Source of the DNA: an uncultured Deferribacteres bacterium
Lineage (GTDB): Bacteria > Zhuqueibacterota > Zhuqueibacteria > Zhuqueibacterales > Geothermadaptataceae
Direction of reading: 5' to 3'
Length of the DNA: 45,924 bases
NCBI GenBank assembly: GCA_964014485.1
Contig: CAXHAT010000041.1
Coordinates: 1-45,924 of the forward strand
The number at the start of each line of letters is the position of its first letter. Positions within the stretch are counted from its first letter, which is position 1. The notes under the pieces are model-generated. The model worked only from the letters and a program-made list of their open reading frames with translations. It ran no database searches and had not been told where the DNA came from. A program made the translations under genes and the position numbers. Positions 45,495-45,924 of this stretch are shown here, one piece after another.

Positions 45495-45863
45495 ATGGGA
45501 GTAAAATTTCTCGCCGACGTTAATATTTCGCCGATAACGATTAAAGAATTGCGCTCATCGGGATTGAACATCCAACGAGTCACTGATTTGATCCCCGCGA
45601 ACTCGCCGGACAGTGAAATAGTTACATTGGCTCTGCAAAAAGACGCCGTAATCGTCACGCAATATCTGGATTTTTCGGCCCTAATTGCGCAAAGCGGCCT
45701 AACCAAGCCCAGCCTCATCTCATTAAGAGTGGATAATGCTTTGCCGAATCGTGTCTCTGCTATCCTTAAAACGATTATCCCACAAATTGAACCCGAATTG
45801 CGGGCGGGCGCAATTGTTTCCGTCGATGAATTTGAGTATCGCGTTAGGAGATTACCCGTGTAA
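45495..45863 (+). CDS. DUF5615 PIN-like toxin
   Basis: KFLADVNIS, DSEIV, IVTQYLDF, PSLISLR, GAIVSV...RVRRLP; downstream of DUF433. Confidence 0.88.
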   Translation: MGVKFLADVNISPITIKELRSSGLNIQRVTDLIPANSPDSEIVTLALQKDAVIVTQYLDFSALIAQSGLTKPSLISLRVDNALPNRVSAILKTIIPQIEPELRAGAIVSVDEFEYRVRRLPV

Positions 45864-45883
45864 CCCTTCAGAATGCGACGCTC

Positions 45884-45924
45884 AGAAGCTGTTTTAAAAG
45901 TCCCGCAGGGACGGTCGAAAGTAG
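45884..45924. repeat. Start of another terminal-repeat/palindrome element, truncated by the window end
   Basis: AGAAGCTGTTTTAAAAGTCCC resembles GAGCGTCTCAAAAAGTCC (23846) and the reverse complement of 101-120; followed by hairpin GTCCCGCAGGGAC. Confidence 0.45.

Overview
Bacterial genomic or metagenomic contig. An FCB-group lineage such as KSB1 or Calditrichota is inferred from two secreted enzymes with NYPNPFNP/FlgD-Ig C-terminal domains and a short ParE. Bases 1-53 are Illumina Nextera adapter, not genome. Housekeeping and transport genes: parE-nadE-FHA, TetR-ferredoxin (clear sigma70 promoter and operator), an alkyltransferase-like protein, GH13 amylase-mocA, a CAP lipoprotein, a DUF5916-like protein, MATE, an S8 peptidase, etfBA, a TPR/beta-barrel/exbB/exbD/tonB cluster, btuB under a cobalamin riboswitch, an ethanolamine-type permease, a molybdopterin oxidoreductase and RND MFP/pump/TolC. 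Four small toxin-antitoxin or defence-like cassettes are interspersed. The most striking feature is a dense set of at least seven families of short palindromic (REP/MITE-like) elements, with no transposase in the window. They nest inside one another (54-523, 23804-24027). In two cases they sit in frame inside protein-coding genes: 198 bp/66 aa in mocA, bounded by an 8-bp direct repeat, and 123 bp/41 aa in the signal-peptide region of an outer-membrane protein.
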